A stretch of 24,271 bases of DNA from positions 1 through 24,271 of the IMG/VR virus record IMGVR_UViG_3300020368_000009. One strand, written 5' to 3'. The notes below the pieces were generated by a model. It was not told the DNA's origin and did no database searches. It saw only the letters and a program-made list of their open reading frames with translations. This document shows, in pieces, positions 1-8,969 of the stretch. Numbering within the stretch: position 1 is the first letter of the stretch; the number at the start of each line of letters is the position of its first letter. Made by a program: the position numbers and the translations under genes. Source of the stretch: a virus (taxonomy: Duplodnaviria > Caudoviricetes).

Positions 1-1
1 A

Positions 2-904
2 GATGGAACAGGTATAAACGGATTCAAAGCAATAGGAGTACACTGGAGTGAACACCCTGAGAGAAATGAAAAGTGGGCGAAAGATGAGAGAGCAAGAATA
101 GGTGAAGAAAGATTTAGACGTGAGCATGATTGTGAATTCATTGCATTTGATGAAACTTTGATTGACGGTCTTAAACTGGTAGCAATGGCAGGTAAAGATC
201 CTTTATACAAAACAGGACAAGTACGCTGGTATGAAAAACCAAAGAAAGGAACCACGTATGTCGCGGCCTTAGATCCTAGTCTTGGTACAGGTGGTGATTA
301 TGCGGCTATACAAGTTTTTAGTGTGCCAGAGCTCAAGCAAGTAGCCGAATGGCAACACAATAAGACACCGATACAAGGGCAAGTGAGAACGTTGTTAGGA
401 ATATTAAATGATTTAGATTCTCAGCTGAAAGAATTAGGAACACCAAATCCAGAAATATATTGGACGGTTGAAAATAATGCACTAGGTGAAGGTGCCATTG
501 TATCAATCGAAGAAATGGATGAATCGCGATTTCCAGGATTTTTTATGCATGAACCGAGACGTGCAGGACAGCAAAGACGTGATGTTCACAAGAGAAAAGG
601 TTATAACACGACACACAAAGCAAAGATAACTGCTTGTACAAAATTAAAACATTATGTAGAATCAGGAAAGATGACTGTTAACAGTAGAAATCTTTTGAGA
701 GAATTAAAACTTTTTGTTGCAAGAGGAAATAGTTACGGTGCGAAAGTTGGAGAGAATGATGATTTAGTATCAGCAACTTTGTTATGTTGCAGGCTAGTTC
801 AGTATCTAACTAGATATGATCCTATATTTGAGAAAAGTCTAGGTTTACAGGATGGTGAAGAAGGAGACACAGGTTCTCTAACTCCGATGCCTATGATCAT
901 ATAA
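2..904 (+). CDS. gp17: Terminase large subunit (T4 gp17-like), C-terminal nuclease part; 5'-truncated by the window
   Basis: Frame is open from position 2 (DGTGINGFKAIGVHWSEHPERNEKW...ERFRREHDCEF). Contains YVAALDPSLGTGGDYAAIQV, VENN and ENDDLV, the RNase H-like terminase nuclease motifs. Confidence 0.93.
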   Translation, partial: DGTGINGFKAIGVHWSEHPERNEKWAKDERARIGEERFRREHDCEFIAFDETLIDGLKLVAMAGKDPLYKTGQVRWYEKPKKGTTYVAALDPSLGTGGDYAAIQVFSVPELKQVAEWQHNKTPIQGQVRTLLGILNDLDSQLKELGTPNPEIYWTVENNALGEGAIVSIEEMDESRFPGFFMHEPRRAGQQRRDVHKRKGYNTTHKAKITACTKLKHYVESGKMTVNSRNLLRELKLFVARGNSYGAKVGENDDLVSATLLCCRLVQYLTRYDPIFEKSLGLQDGEEGDTGSLTPMPMII

Positions 905-908
905 AAGA

Positions 909-916
909 TATAAATA
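909..916 (+). promoter_or_regulatory. T4-type late promoter TATAAATA
   Basis: Exact T4 gp55 late consensus ending 5 nt before ATG 922; no SD. Confidence 0.75.
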
Positions 917-921
917 GTATT

Positions 922-3492
922 ATGGCAGTAAATTATTCATCAGTAGCAGAGAAAATATTCAGAATACTAAAGGGTTCAGGTTATAATATGAAAATGTATG
1001 ATAACCAAGAAGGTTCTGAAGTAGCTGATCCAGAACAAGCTAGATTTTTCTACGTGCAAGAGCCCAACATGATGGTTAATTTAGATGACAAAAACGCAGA
1101 AATTAAGATGCACAAAGGACCAGAAAACATGGTACAAGTGCAAAAAACGTTGGATTTGCTTAAAAACCTATCAAAGAGTAACCTGTTAGATTTTGATTTA
1201 AGAGAATTTGGTAAGGAGATTAAGCCCAGAAATTACACATTTAGGTTAAATACAAATACTATGTCAGATAATGAAATGCAAACAGAAGGCCTTAGTGCGC
1301 CTATAGGAACACCAAAAACAAGTTCACAACAACTTGAAGGTGCTAAACTTTTAATTAAACATCGTAAACCTGTAAACGAAGAAGTACCAGGTTCGAGATC
1401 GAGAAACATCAAAGCATTGTACGTTGAAAATGCAGATGGTGAAAGATTTAAATATCCATTCATACACTTGAATGGTGCAAGAGCGATGACAAGACACGTA
1501 CAGGCAGGCGGCACACCATACGATGAAGTAGGTCAGTCAATCACTGGCATGAGTGAGCAGTTAAGCAAAATTAGAGAAGTATTGAATGTGATGAGAAGAT
1601 CACCAGCTGTGCAAGAACAAGCTGGAGCAGTGATGAGCAGTCTTCTTACAAGACAAGATAGATTAAGAGAGACAATCAAAAGATTAACAACAGCAGAAGG
1701 CTACAGCACATACTCTGAAGGTTATACAGTACCAGTTAAAAAAGAATATGATCAATCAGTGCTGAATAGCATGAAAGAAAAATTCACAGTAACAAACGTG
1801 GATAACAGAATTGAAGAATTATTACCATTTATTACAGAAGTAAATGATGAAGAAAACACTTTAGAGAAATTAAGAGACGTTGTGAAAAACAAAATGGCTA
1901 GTGCAGAGTTTCATGAGCCAACTGAAAAAGACGTTGACACAATGCCAGTACAATTTACAAATGACACTATGAAGGTCGCGGCGAGACTGGCACTAGTTGC
2001 CAAACTTGCAAAAGATGATGAAGTATCAAGTTACCTTTCAAGAATGGCGGCGAAGATAAGAGGTGAAGACAAAGAACCAGCTGGCGGTAGTGACGCAGTT
2101 GACAAGAGACCTTACACAAAAGATGACATACAAGTTATCTTAAAAATGTTAGACGACGCAAAAGTTAAAGGAATCATTCAACAGGTTGAAGCTGGTAAGA
2201 TGAAAATGATGACCAATCCAGGCGATGATGCTTATGACAAAGCAGTAGCAGGTGAATCAGTGTTACCAGAGATTAAACAGATTGATGAGTCATTTGATAG
2301 AATACTTGGTATGTACTCACCTAATCACTTTATTGAAAGAGAAGGTGATCCAGAAACAGATTTCACAAAATGGTTAAAAATGAATTACAACAAGACGCCA
2401 AGAGATTTATCAGCAGATGAATACGCAAAGATGTCTAAAGAGTTCAAGGAACAGAATAAAAAAACAGAAGCATCAGTAGAAGAAGGTGCAGTTAAAAGAG
2501 CAATGGAAACAGATGCTGAAAACATGAGCAAAGAAGAGTTCATGAAAAAGCATGGCGGACCTAACGCTGATGATGAACAGGCATCAGATTTTTATGATGG
2601 TTACCAAGGTGTAGAAGAAACAGATGTTAATGAAAAAGATACTGATAATGATGGAGACAAAGATTTTGCAGACATAATGGTTGCTAGAATGGTAGCAAGT
2701 GGTATGAGCAAAGAAGAAGCAATCAAAAAAGTAAAGGACAAAAAATACAACGAAGCTGACGCTTCTGATATGTTCAAAAAAGGCGGCAAATATTCACAGA
2801 CAGCACAAAACAAACCAGTTATGTTCAAAGGTAAACAGATAGATTTGGACAGTGTTGAGTATGATATGCAAGATTACAGCGATATGATATTTGAACCAGA
2901 AGAGGTGAAATACATGGACGGCACAGAAGTTGCTGATGAAGACATGGAAGATCTAATGTATAATGATGATTTCGTTGAGTGGGTACGTGTTGACTATATG
3001 GATAAAATGATGGATAGAGCAGACATGATGCGTGATGGTAAAGAATCAGAAATTGACATAATGAAAAGAAATGCTGGTATACAAACTGAAGGCGGAAACG
3101 CTTTTGATATAGCAATGGGTGATGCAGAAAACATTATATCACAAGCATCAGGTGACAAAGAAGCAATGGACGACCTACAGAGATTACATGACGAAGAAGA
3201 TGACTCTTATGCGAAATCAACTATCAAAGATTACATGAGCAGATTAGAAAAAGAAGGTTTATTCAGAATGCAAAGAGATCTTGCAATGCAGGAAAACAAA
3301 ACTCCTGGACGTAGTCACTATGACAAAGAAAAAGCTAAAGAACTTGCTAAAAAAGATGGCAAGAATCCAGAAAGACTATCACATGGTGAGTTGATGGATT
3401 ACATCAAGAAGGCACAACAGATGGACCCAGCACACAACCAAGAATCAGCTGATCCAACTCTTCTAAGAATCAAAGATTTAGCAGGCATCTAA
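922..3492 (+). CDS. Large acidic phage protein, probably head-associated (856 aa)
   Basis: Long ORF behind a late promoter, next to terminase. The D/E/K/M-rich C-terminal half has two ..M/I-K-x-x-AGI motifs and a DxDxDGDxD loop. Function is inferred. Confidence 0.6.
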   Translation: MAVNYSSVAEKIFRILKGSGYNMKMYDNQEGSEVADPEQARFFYVQEPNMMVNLDDKNAEIKMHKGPENMVQVQKTLDLLKNLSKSNLLDFDLREFGKEIKPRNYTFRLNTNTMSDNEMQTEGLSAPIGTPKTSSQQLEGAKLLIKHRKPVNEEVPGSRSRNIKALYVENADGERFKYPFIHLNGARAMTRHVQAGGTPYDEVGQSITGMSEQLSKIREVLNVMRRSPAVQEQAGAVMSSLLTRQDRLRETIKRLTTAEGYSTYSEGYTVPVKKEYDQSVLNSMKEKFTVTNVDNRIEELLPFITEVNDEENTLEKLRDVVKNKMASAEFHEPTEKDVDTMPVQFTNDTMKVAARLALVAKLAKDDEVSSYLSRMAAKIRGEDKEPAGGSDAVDKRPYTKDDIQVILKMLDDAKVKGIIQQVEAGKMKMMTNPGDDAYDKAVAGESVLPEIKQIDESFDRILGMYSPNHFIEREGDPETDFTKWLKMNYNKTPRDLSADEYAKMSKEFKEQNKKTEASVEEGAVKRAMETDAENMSKEEFMKKHGGPNADDEQASDFYDGYQGVEETDVNEKDTDNDGDKDFADIMVARMVASGMSKEEAIKKVKDKKYNEADASDMFKKGGKYSQTAQNKPVMFKGKQIDLDSVEYDMQDYSDMIFEPEEVKYMDGTEVADEDMEDLMYNDDFVEWVRVDYMDKMMDRADMMRDGKESEIDIMKRNAGIQTEGGNAFDIAMGDAENIISQASGDKEAMDDLQRLHDEEDDSYAKSTIKDYMSRLEKEGLFRMQRDLAMQENKTPGRSHYDKEKAKELAKKDGKNPERLSHGELMDYIKKAQQMDPAHNQESADPTLLRIKDLAGI

Positions 3493-3510
3493 AAAAAATC
3501 AAAAAACCGG

Positions 3511-3539
3511 TTGACTTTTACCTAAAAGGTAAATATAGT
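3511..3539 (+). promoter_or_regulatory. sigma70-type promoter of gp32
   Basis: TTGACT(3511-3516)-17 bp-TATAGT(3534-3539), with an A-rich UP-like tract upstream. Confidence 0.85.
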
Positions 3540-3570
3540 AGTAGTTAATGTTAGATACATTAATTACATT

Positions 3571-3632
3571 TAGGCAATTACATAGGCTAACACATAGGCT
3601 AACAAAGGCACAAGGAGGCTAACAATGGCTAC
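3571..3632 (+). repeat. Tandem imperfect (A)GGC(TAAC) repeats in the gp32 leader
   Basis: ACATAGGCTAAC twice (3580-3591, 3592-3603). GGC cores at 3573, 3585, 3597, 3607, 3617, 3627, running through the SD and start codon. Confidence 0.85.
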
Positions 3633-4692
3633 ATTAGAAGAAATCCGTGCGAAACTGGCGGAACAAGAAAAAAAGACCACAGGCGGTGGTTCAGTTTCAG
3701 ATAACGCAATCTTTCCTTTTTGGAACATTCCAGAAGGAACAACTTCAACAATTAGATTTCTACCAGACGCAAACAAAGAGAACACTTTCTTTTGGGTAGA
3801 AAGAGCGATGATCAAGTTACCTTTTCCAGGTATCAAAGGACAAGCAGACACTAAACCTACTCTCGTACAAGTACCTTGTATGGAGATGTTTAATGAACCT
3901 TGCCCGGTACTTGCAGAAGTAAGAACTTGGTTCAAAGATCCTGCATTAGAGGACATGGGCAGAAAGTACTGGAAAAAGAGAAGTTACATTTTCCAAGGCT
4001 TCGTAGTTAACTCAACATTAGATGAGGATACTACACCAGAGAATCCAATCAGAAGATTTGTAATTAATCCATCGATCTTTAATATTATTAGATCAGCATT
4101 AATGAATCCAGAAATGGAAGACTTACCAACTGACAATGAGTCAGGTAGAGATTTCAAATTAACGAAAACTCAAAAAGGTGGTTATGCTGATTACTCAACT
4201 TCAACGTGGAGTTTCAAAGCAAGGTCATTAAGTGAATCAGAAAGATCAGCGATTGATCAATATGGTTTACACACATTAAGTGATTATATGCCTAAGAAAC
4301 CTTCACAAGAAGAGCTCAACATAATACAAGAGATGTTTAAAGCATCTGTTGATGGTGAGCTTTATGATCCAGACAGATTTGGTCAGTACTATAAGCCGGC
4401 TGGCTTTAACAATTCTTCGTCTGGTGGTTCTACTGCAACAGCGACAGCTAAACCAGTAGAAGCAGTTGCCCAATCAGTTGCACCAGTGGCACCAGTTGCC
4501 CAAGCAACTGAAACGGTAACACAACCGGTTCAAGCAACTCCTGAACCTGCAAAAGTTGAAGTCACAGAAACAGTGACAGCAACAGCCAGTGAACAAACTG
4601 CACCATCAGGTGCACCAGCTACTGAAACAGGTGGTAAAGTATCCGCAGAGGACATTTTATCAATGATTAGAAGTAGACAAGCTGGCAAGTAA
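3625..4692 (+). CDS. gp32: Single-stranded DNA-binding protein (T4 gp32-like)
   Basis: IRFLP, CME..EPCPV, RKYWKKRSY, GRDFKLTK..GGYADYSTS motifs; SD AGGAGG; Ala/Pro/Thr-rich tail. Confidence 0.92.
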   Translation: MATLEEIRAKLAEQEKKTTGGGSVSDNAIFPFWNIPEGTTSTIRFLPDANKENTFFWVERAMIKLPFPGIKGQADTKPTLVQVPCMEMFNEPCPVLAEVRTWFKDPALEDMGRKYWKKRSYIFQGFVVNSTLDEDTTPENPIRRFVINPSIFNIIRSALMNPEMEDLPTDNESGRDFKLTKTQKGGYADYSTSTWSFKARSLSESERSAIDQYGLHTLSDYMPKKPSQEELNIIQEMFKASVDGELYDPDRFGQYYKPAGFNNSSSGGSTATATAKPVEAVAQSVAPVAPVAQATETVTQPVQATPEPAKVEVTETVTATASEQTAPSGAPATETGGKVSAEDILSMIRSRQAGK

Positions 4693-4705
4693 TATTGTAT
4701 AATAT

Positions 4706-4727
4706 GGCTGTGGGGTGACCCACAGCC
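4706..4727 (+). terminator. GC-rich stem-loop between gp32 and uvsX (terminator, processing or stability hairpin)
   Basis: GGCTGTGGG-GTGA-CCCACAGCC: perfect 9-bp stem with a GNRA loop; no clear U-tract. Confidence 0.55.
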
Positions 4728-4746
4728 TATAACTTTAGGAGAAATT

Positions 4747-5844
4747 ATGGTAAGACCGTTTGACGTAAGTAAATTTAGATCAAGTCTAACAAAAAGCATT
4801 CAAGGTATTAGTGTAGGTTTTGAATCTGATCCGAACACTTGGGTATCTACAGGCAACTATACATTGAATTATTTGATCAGTGGTGACTTTAATAAAGGAA
4901 TTCCTTTAGGTAGGGTTACTATGTTAGCAGGTGAATCTGGCTCTGGAAAGAGTTTGATCGCTTCTGGTAACTTAATTAAAAATGCACAAGAGCAAGGTAT
5001 ATTTTGTGTAGCAATAGATTCAGAGAACGCACTACACGAAGATTGGTTACAAGCATTAGGTGTTGACACTTCACCGGAAAAAATGCTTAGAATTAATTGT
5101 TCAATGGTAGATGATGTTGCAAAAATAATCAGTGATTTTATTCAGAACTACAAAAAAGATTATGATGGTAAAGAAGAGTCTGAAAGACCAAAAGTACTGT
5201 TTGTAATTGATAGTTTAGGTATGTTATTGACACCTACTGATAGAGATCAGTTTGAAAAAGGTGACATGAAAGGTGACTTAGGTAGAAAAGCAAAGTCACT
5301 GACAGCATTAATTAGAAACTCAGTCAATTTAATTGGTAGTTTGAATATTGGTCTGGTAGCAACAAACCATACGTATGCGTCACAAGATATGTTTGATCCA
5401 GATGACAAGATATCTGGAGGACAAGGATTTGTGTATGCAAGTTCTGTAGTAGTTGCAATGAAAAAACTCAAACTTAAAGAAGATGAAGATGGTAATAAAA
5501 TATCAGACGTAACTGGTATTAGGTCTGCTTGTAAGGTTATGAAGTCAAGATTTAATAAACCTTTTGAAGCAGTACAAGTAAAGATTCCTTATGAATCTGG
5601 AATGGATCCATATTCAGGTCTTGTTGACTTGTTTGAGAAAAAAGGAGTTCTAGTCAAAGAAGGAAATAGACTGAAATATGTTGATAGATTTGGCAAAGAA
5701 CACAAACATTATAGAAAACAATGGACTGGTGAGAATTTAGATCTTGTTATGGCTGAATTTCAAGAGTCGTATGACACTGAGGTAAATAAAACCGAAGGAG
5801 CAACGGCTGATGAAATACCAACAGGAGGCAGAGATGCTTCTTGA
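4747..5844 (+). CDS. uvsX: RecA-like recombinase UvsX
   Basis: Walker A GESGSGKS, IDSENA, Walker B FVIDSLGML, NHTY, SGG.G..YASS. Confidence 0.95.
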   Translation: MVRPFDVSKFRSSLTKSIQGISVGFESDPNTWVSTGNYTLNYLISGDFNKGIPLGRVTMLAGESGSGKSLIASGNLIKNAQEQGIFCVAIDSENALHEDWLQALGVDTSPEKMLRINCSMVDDVAKIISDFIQNYKKDYDGKEESERPKVLFVIDSLGMLLTPTDRDQFEKGDMKGDLGRKAKSLTALIRNSVNLIGSLNIGLVATNHTYASQDMFDPDDKISGGQGFVYASSVVVAMKKLKLKEDEDGNKISDVTGIRSACKVMKSRFNKPFEAVQVKIPYESGMDPYSGLVDLFEKKGVLVKEGNRLKYVDRFGKEHKHYRKQWTGENLDLVMAEFQESYDTEVNKTEGATADEIPTGGRDAS

Positions 5845-6052
5845 GGCGTGGCAAAAACTTGTGGAGTACGTTCCACAAAAAGATAGACTAGACGCCGCAA
5901 GAGCATATGTCACTCTAATAGATGATTTCAATTTAGATCAAGCATCACTTGAAGAAATCAAAGACAGTGATCATTATCTCGAAGCGGCAATAAGTGAATA
6001 TTACGCACAAGATGAAGATGACCGGTACGAAGATGAACAAGAGGAGTGGTAG
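5810..6052 (+). CDS. Small acidic hypothetical protein (start may be 5834)
   Basis: Fills the gap between uvsX and uvsY; AGGAGG at 5823-5828 precedes in-frame ATG 5834. Confidence 0.7.
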   Translation: MKYQQEAEMLLEAWQKLVEYVPQKDRLDAARAYVTLIDDFNLDQASLEEIKDSDHYLEAAISEYYAQDEDDRYEDEQEEW

Positions 6053-6526
6053 ATGCCACAAGGATGGTATGGTCAGGTTTCAAGCAACATTGAAAAAATA
6101 GCAGACTGTATTACTTTTTATGAACAGCAACTTGAAGAAGCAAGAGTTGAATGTGGATTAGTAGGTAATATTGAAAAGAATGCGTCCAGAGTTCCAGGTA
6201 TTGTTGAACACCGTTTTAACCAATTACAAGAGATAGAAGCTATACTCGAATTCCTTAACATAAGATTAAGGAAAGTAAGAAGTAAGTTCTATAAAAAATA
6301 TCTTGAAAATTATCAAAGAGCATTAACATCTAATGATGTAAAGAATTATATTGATGGGGAAGACGAGGTTGTTAGTATGGCAAATGTTGTAAATGAATTT
6401 GCTTTGCTCAGAAACAAGTATCTTGGATTGCTTAAGGCACTAGATGCCAAGCAGTTCCAGATCAATAATATCGTTAAATTGCGAGTAGCAGGACTAGATG
6501 ACGCTGAATTGTTTGCAAAAAAATAA
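6053..6526 (+). CDS. uvsY: Recombination mediator UvsY-like
   Basis: Helical 157-aa protein between uvsX and uvsW. YLE.Y..ALTS.DVKNYIDGE and LKALDAKQFQINNIVKLR match the UvsY C-terminus pattern. Confidence 0.8.
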   Translation: MPQGWYGQVSSNIEKIADCITFYEQQLEEARVECGLVGNIEKNASRVPGIVEHRFNQLQEIEAILEFLNIRLRKVRSKFYKKYLENYQRALTSNDVKNYIDGEDEVVSMANVVNEFALLRNKYLGLLKALDAKQFQINNIVKLRVAGLDDAELFAKK

Positions 6527-6541
6527 AGACTGTGTTACAAT
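6513..6541 (+). promoter_or_regulatory. sigma70-type promoter of uvsW (predicted leaderless)
   Basis: TTGCAA(6513-6518)-17 bp-TACAAT(6536-6541) with extended TGn; ATG 6 nt downstream. Confidence 0.7.
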
Positions 6542-6547
6542 AACGGT

Positions 6548-7999
6548 ATGCAAAAAGCAATTTTACACATTAAAGACGAAGTAAATGTTAGGTTCGAAGG
6601 ACTTGACGTATCCACACGTCGCAAAATATCTGACAAGTTAAAATATTTTGTACCATATGCTTATCATATGCCAGCTTACAAACTTGGTAGATGGGATGGT
6701 TTTGTTAGATTTTGTGATATAGGTGCAAGAACGTCCTTGAATCTTATCGATAAGATATTACCTATCATAGAACAACAAGGCTACGAAATTGAAATAAAAG
6801 ATGATCGTAAAGAATATAAGTTTGACTTCGAGAAAGTTGACCAAGAATATTTTTCTCAAATAAATTGGCCCAAAGGACACACTCATGAAGGACAACCTAT
6901 TATATTGAGAGATTATCAGATACAAGTCATTAATGATTTTATCAGTAATCCACAGTGTTTACAAGAAGTGGCAACCGGTGCAGGAAAAACTATCATCACT
7001 GCTTGTTTAAGTAAAATATGTCAGTCGTATGGTAGAACAATAGTAATAGTTCCAAACAAATCTTTAGTGACACAAACTGAAGAAGATTATAAAAATGTAG
7101 GACTTGATGTAGGTGTTTACTTCGGAGAAAGAAAAGAATTAAATCATAAACACACAATTTGTACTTGGCAAAGTCTGAATGTGTTACATAAAAAAACTAA
7201 AAAAGTAGAAGCAGATTTTCCTCTAGATGAATTTTTAGATGATGTAGTTTGTGTTATGGTAGACGAAGTACACATGGCAAGGGCTGATGTATTGAAACAA
7301 TTACTAACAGGTCCATTCGCAAATGTACCAATACGTTGGGGACTAACAGGCACAATACCAAAAGAACAATACGAACAGGCTAGTTTAACTGCTAGTCTAG
7401 GAACAGTTATTAACAAGTTAAGTGCTAGTGAGTTGCAAGATAAAGGTGTGTTAGCTAACTGTCATGTTAATGTTATTCAAACACAAGACCATCAGTCTTT
7501 TAGATCATATCAAGAAGAGCTAACTTATCTTACAACAAACACATCAAGACTACAATTCATTAGTAATCTTGTTGAAGAAATAAGATCAGGTGGTAATGCA
7601 TTGATACTAGTTGACAGAATCAAAACAGGTGAACTGTTAAAAGACCTAATACCTGGAAGTGTTTTTATACAAGGAAAAACTAAACTTGAAGAAAGACAAG
7701 AAGAATATGATGAAGTAGCAACTGAACAATATAAAGTTCTTATAGCAACATATGGAGTGGCCGCAGTGGGTATTAATTTACCGAGGATATTTAATTTGAT
7801 ACTTGTAGAGCCCGGAAAGAGCTTTGTAAGAGTGATACAATCAATTGGTAGAGGTATTAGAAAAGCAAAAGACAAGGATCATGTCCAAATTTGGGACATT
7901 ACTTCATCTTGTAAGTTTTCAAAAAGACACTTAACCACAAGAAAAAAGTTTTACAAAGAGGCAAACTATCCGTATACTATAAACAAGGTAAACATATGA
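6548..7999 (+). CDS. uvsW: SF2 DNA helicase UvsW
   Basis: WDG N-terminal motif, LRDYQ, ATGAGKT, DEVH, GLTGT, QSIGRGIR. Confidence 0.95.
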   Translation: MQKAILHIKDEVNVRFEGLDVSTRRKISDKLKYFVPYAYHMPAYKLGRWDGFVRFCDIGARTSLNLIDKILPIIEQQGYEIEIKDDRKEYKFDFEKVDQEYFSQINWPKGHTHEGQPIILRDYQIQVINDFISNPQCLQEVATGAGKTIITACLSKICQSYGRTIVIVPNKSLVTQTEEDYKNVGLDVGVYFGERKELNHKHTICTWQSLNVLHKKTKKVEADFPLDEFLDDVVCVMVDEVHMARADVLKQLLTGPFANVPIRWGLTGTIPKEQYEQASLTASLGTVINKLSASELQDKGVLANCHVNVIQTQDHQSFRSYQEELTYLTTNTSRLQFISNLVEEIRSGGNALILVDRIKTGELLKDLIPGSVFIQGKTKLEERQEEYDEVATEQYKVLIATYGVAAVGINLPRIFNLILVEPGKSFVRVIQSIGRGIRKAKDKDHVQIWDITSSCKFSKRHLTTRKKFYKEANYPYTINKVNI

Positions 8000-8496
8000 A
8001 AATTTTAAAAACAGACAATACACCATTTAATTTAGATAAGGTGCCAGAAACAGGAGATGATATTCAGTATTGTGTACTTGATACAAACAATAACAAGAAT
8101 ATAGATTTCTTTTTCATTCCTTTGATCTTCATGGAAACTTTCAATGCACCAAGTATGGTGATGGAAGTAGGACCTTATACAGTTCAAATGCCAATCGATT
8201 GGAGTGTTATGGTAATTGAAAAAGAAATGGGTCAATGTGAAATGGTACCATTAACAAGTATAAACGATAGAGGATTTGAAGCAATGGTAATAAATCCTCT
8301 GACTGCAAATATGACACAAAGTCATGAAGTAAAAATAGTAAATGTTTTTCAAGATGTGAAATGGTATTTTCCAAAACTAAAGCATGGTCATATTATGTCT
8401 GTGCCTGTTGCGGAGACACCGAATCCACCTTGTTTATTCTTTGCTAAAGAAATTAACCAGATACCAGATGTGATAAATGTTGGAGACTTTCTTTGA
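7996..8496 (+). CDS. Hypothetical beta-rich protein (possible degenerate Hint fold)
   Basis: ATGA overlap with uvsW; fold assignment is by-eye inference only. Confidence 0.65.
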   Translation: MKILKTDNTPFNLDKVPETGDDIQYCVLDTNNNKNIDFFFIPLIFMETFNAPSMVMEVGPYTVQMPIDWSVMVIEKEMGQCEMVPLTSINDRGFEAMVINPLTANMTQSHEVKIVNVFQDVKWYFPKLKHGHIMSVPVAETPNPPCLFFAKEINQIPDVINVGDFL

Positions 8497-8969
8497 GTAA
8501 GCCAAGTATAAATTTAAATCAGATGTTGTACAATCTTGATATAGGAAATAAAGATTGGTATAACTCCCTAGATAACGAAATTAAAAAAACTTTCTCTCCA
8601 TATGTTAGTATGAGATTTGCTTCGAGTGTGAAATCTAATAAAGTTTTACAAGAGTCTTATATCGAAAGTGTAAATGAGTTCTGTAACAAATACTTTAGTA
8701 CAATACAGAAACATGAAGGAGACAGTTTACTATTTTGGAAACTATTGTGTTTATGTGGATCTGGACAGAAGCAGTTTCATCCATGGATTAAAGCACCAAA
8801 AGGTAAAGGTAAAAAAACTAAGATATTTGATTTTATAAGATCTTGCTATCCAAATTATAAAGACGATGAAGTAGAAGCAATGATAAAGATATTAGATAAA
8901 AAAGAAATTAAGCAACTGGCAAAGTCAGCCGGTCTTGATGACAAAGAAATTAAATTATTAGTAAAATGA
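8493..8969 (+). CDS. Probable clamp-loader small subunit (T4 gp62-like)
   Basis: FSPYVSMRFAS, VNEFCN, KQFHPWIK and a helical C-terminus resemble the gp62 pattern; TTG start overlapping the upstream stop. Confidence 0.55.
   Translation: MSKPSINLNQMLYNLDIGNKDWYNSLDNEIKKTFSPYVSMRFASSVKSNKVLQESYIESVNEFCNKYFSTIQKHEGDSLLFWKLLCLCGSGQKQFHPWIKAPKGKGKKTKIFDFIRSCYPNYKDDEVEAMIKILDKKEIKQLAKSAGLDDKEIKLLVK

Noticed and set aside
5810-6526. TAG directly followed by an in-frame ATG (6050-6055; similarly 21468-21476), suggesting amber recoding or readthrough
   Set aside because: ThyX, gp41 and other genes end at TAG at normal lengths, and conserved genes are not interrupted by TAG; the standard code fits.
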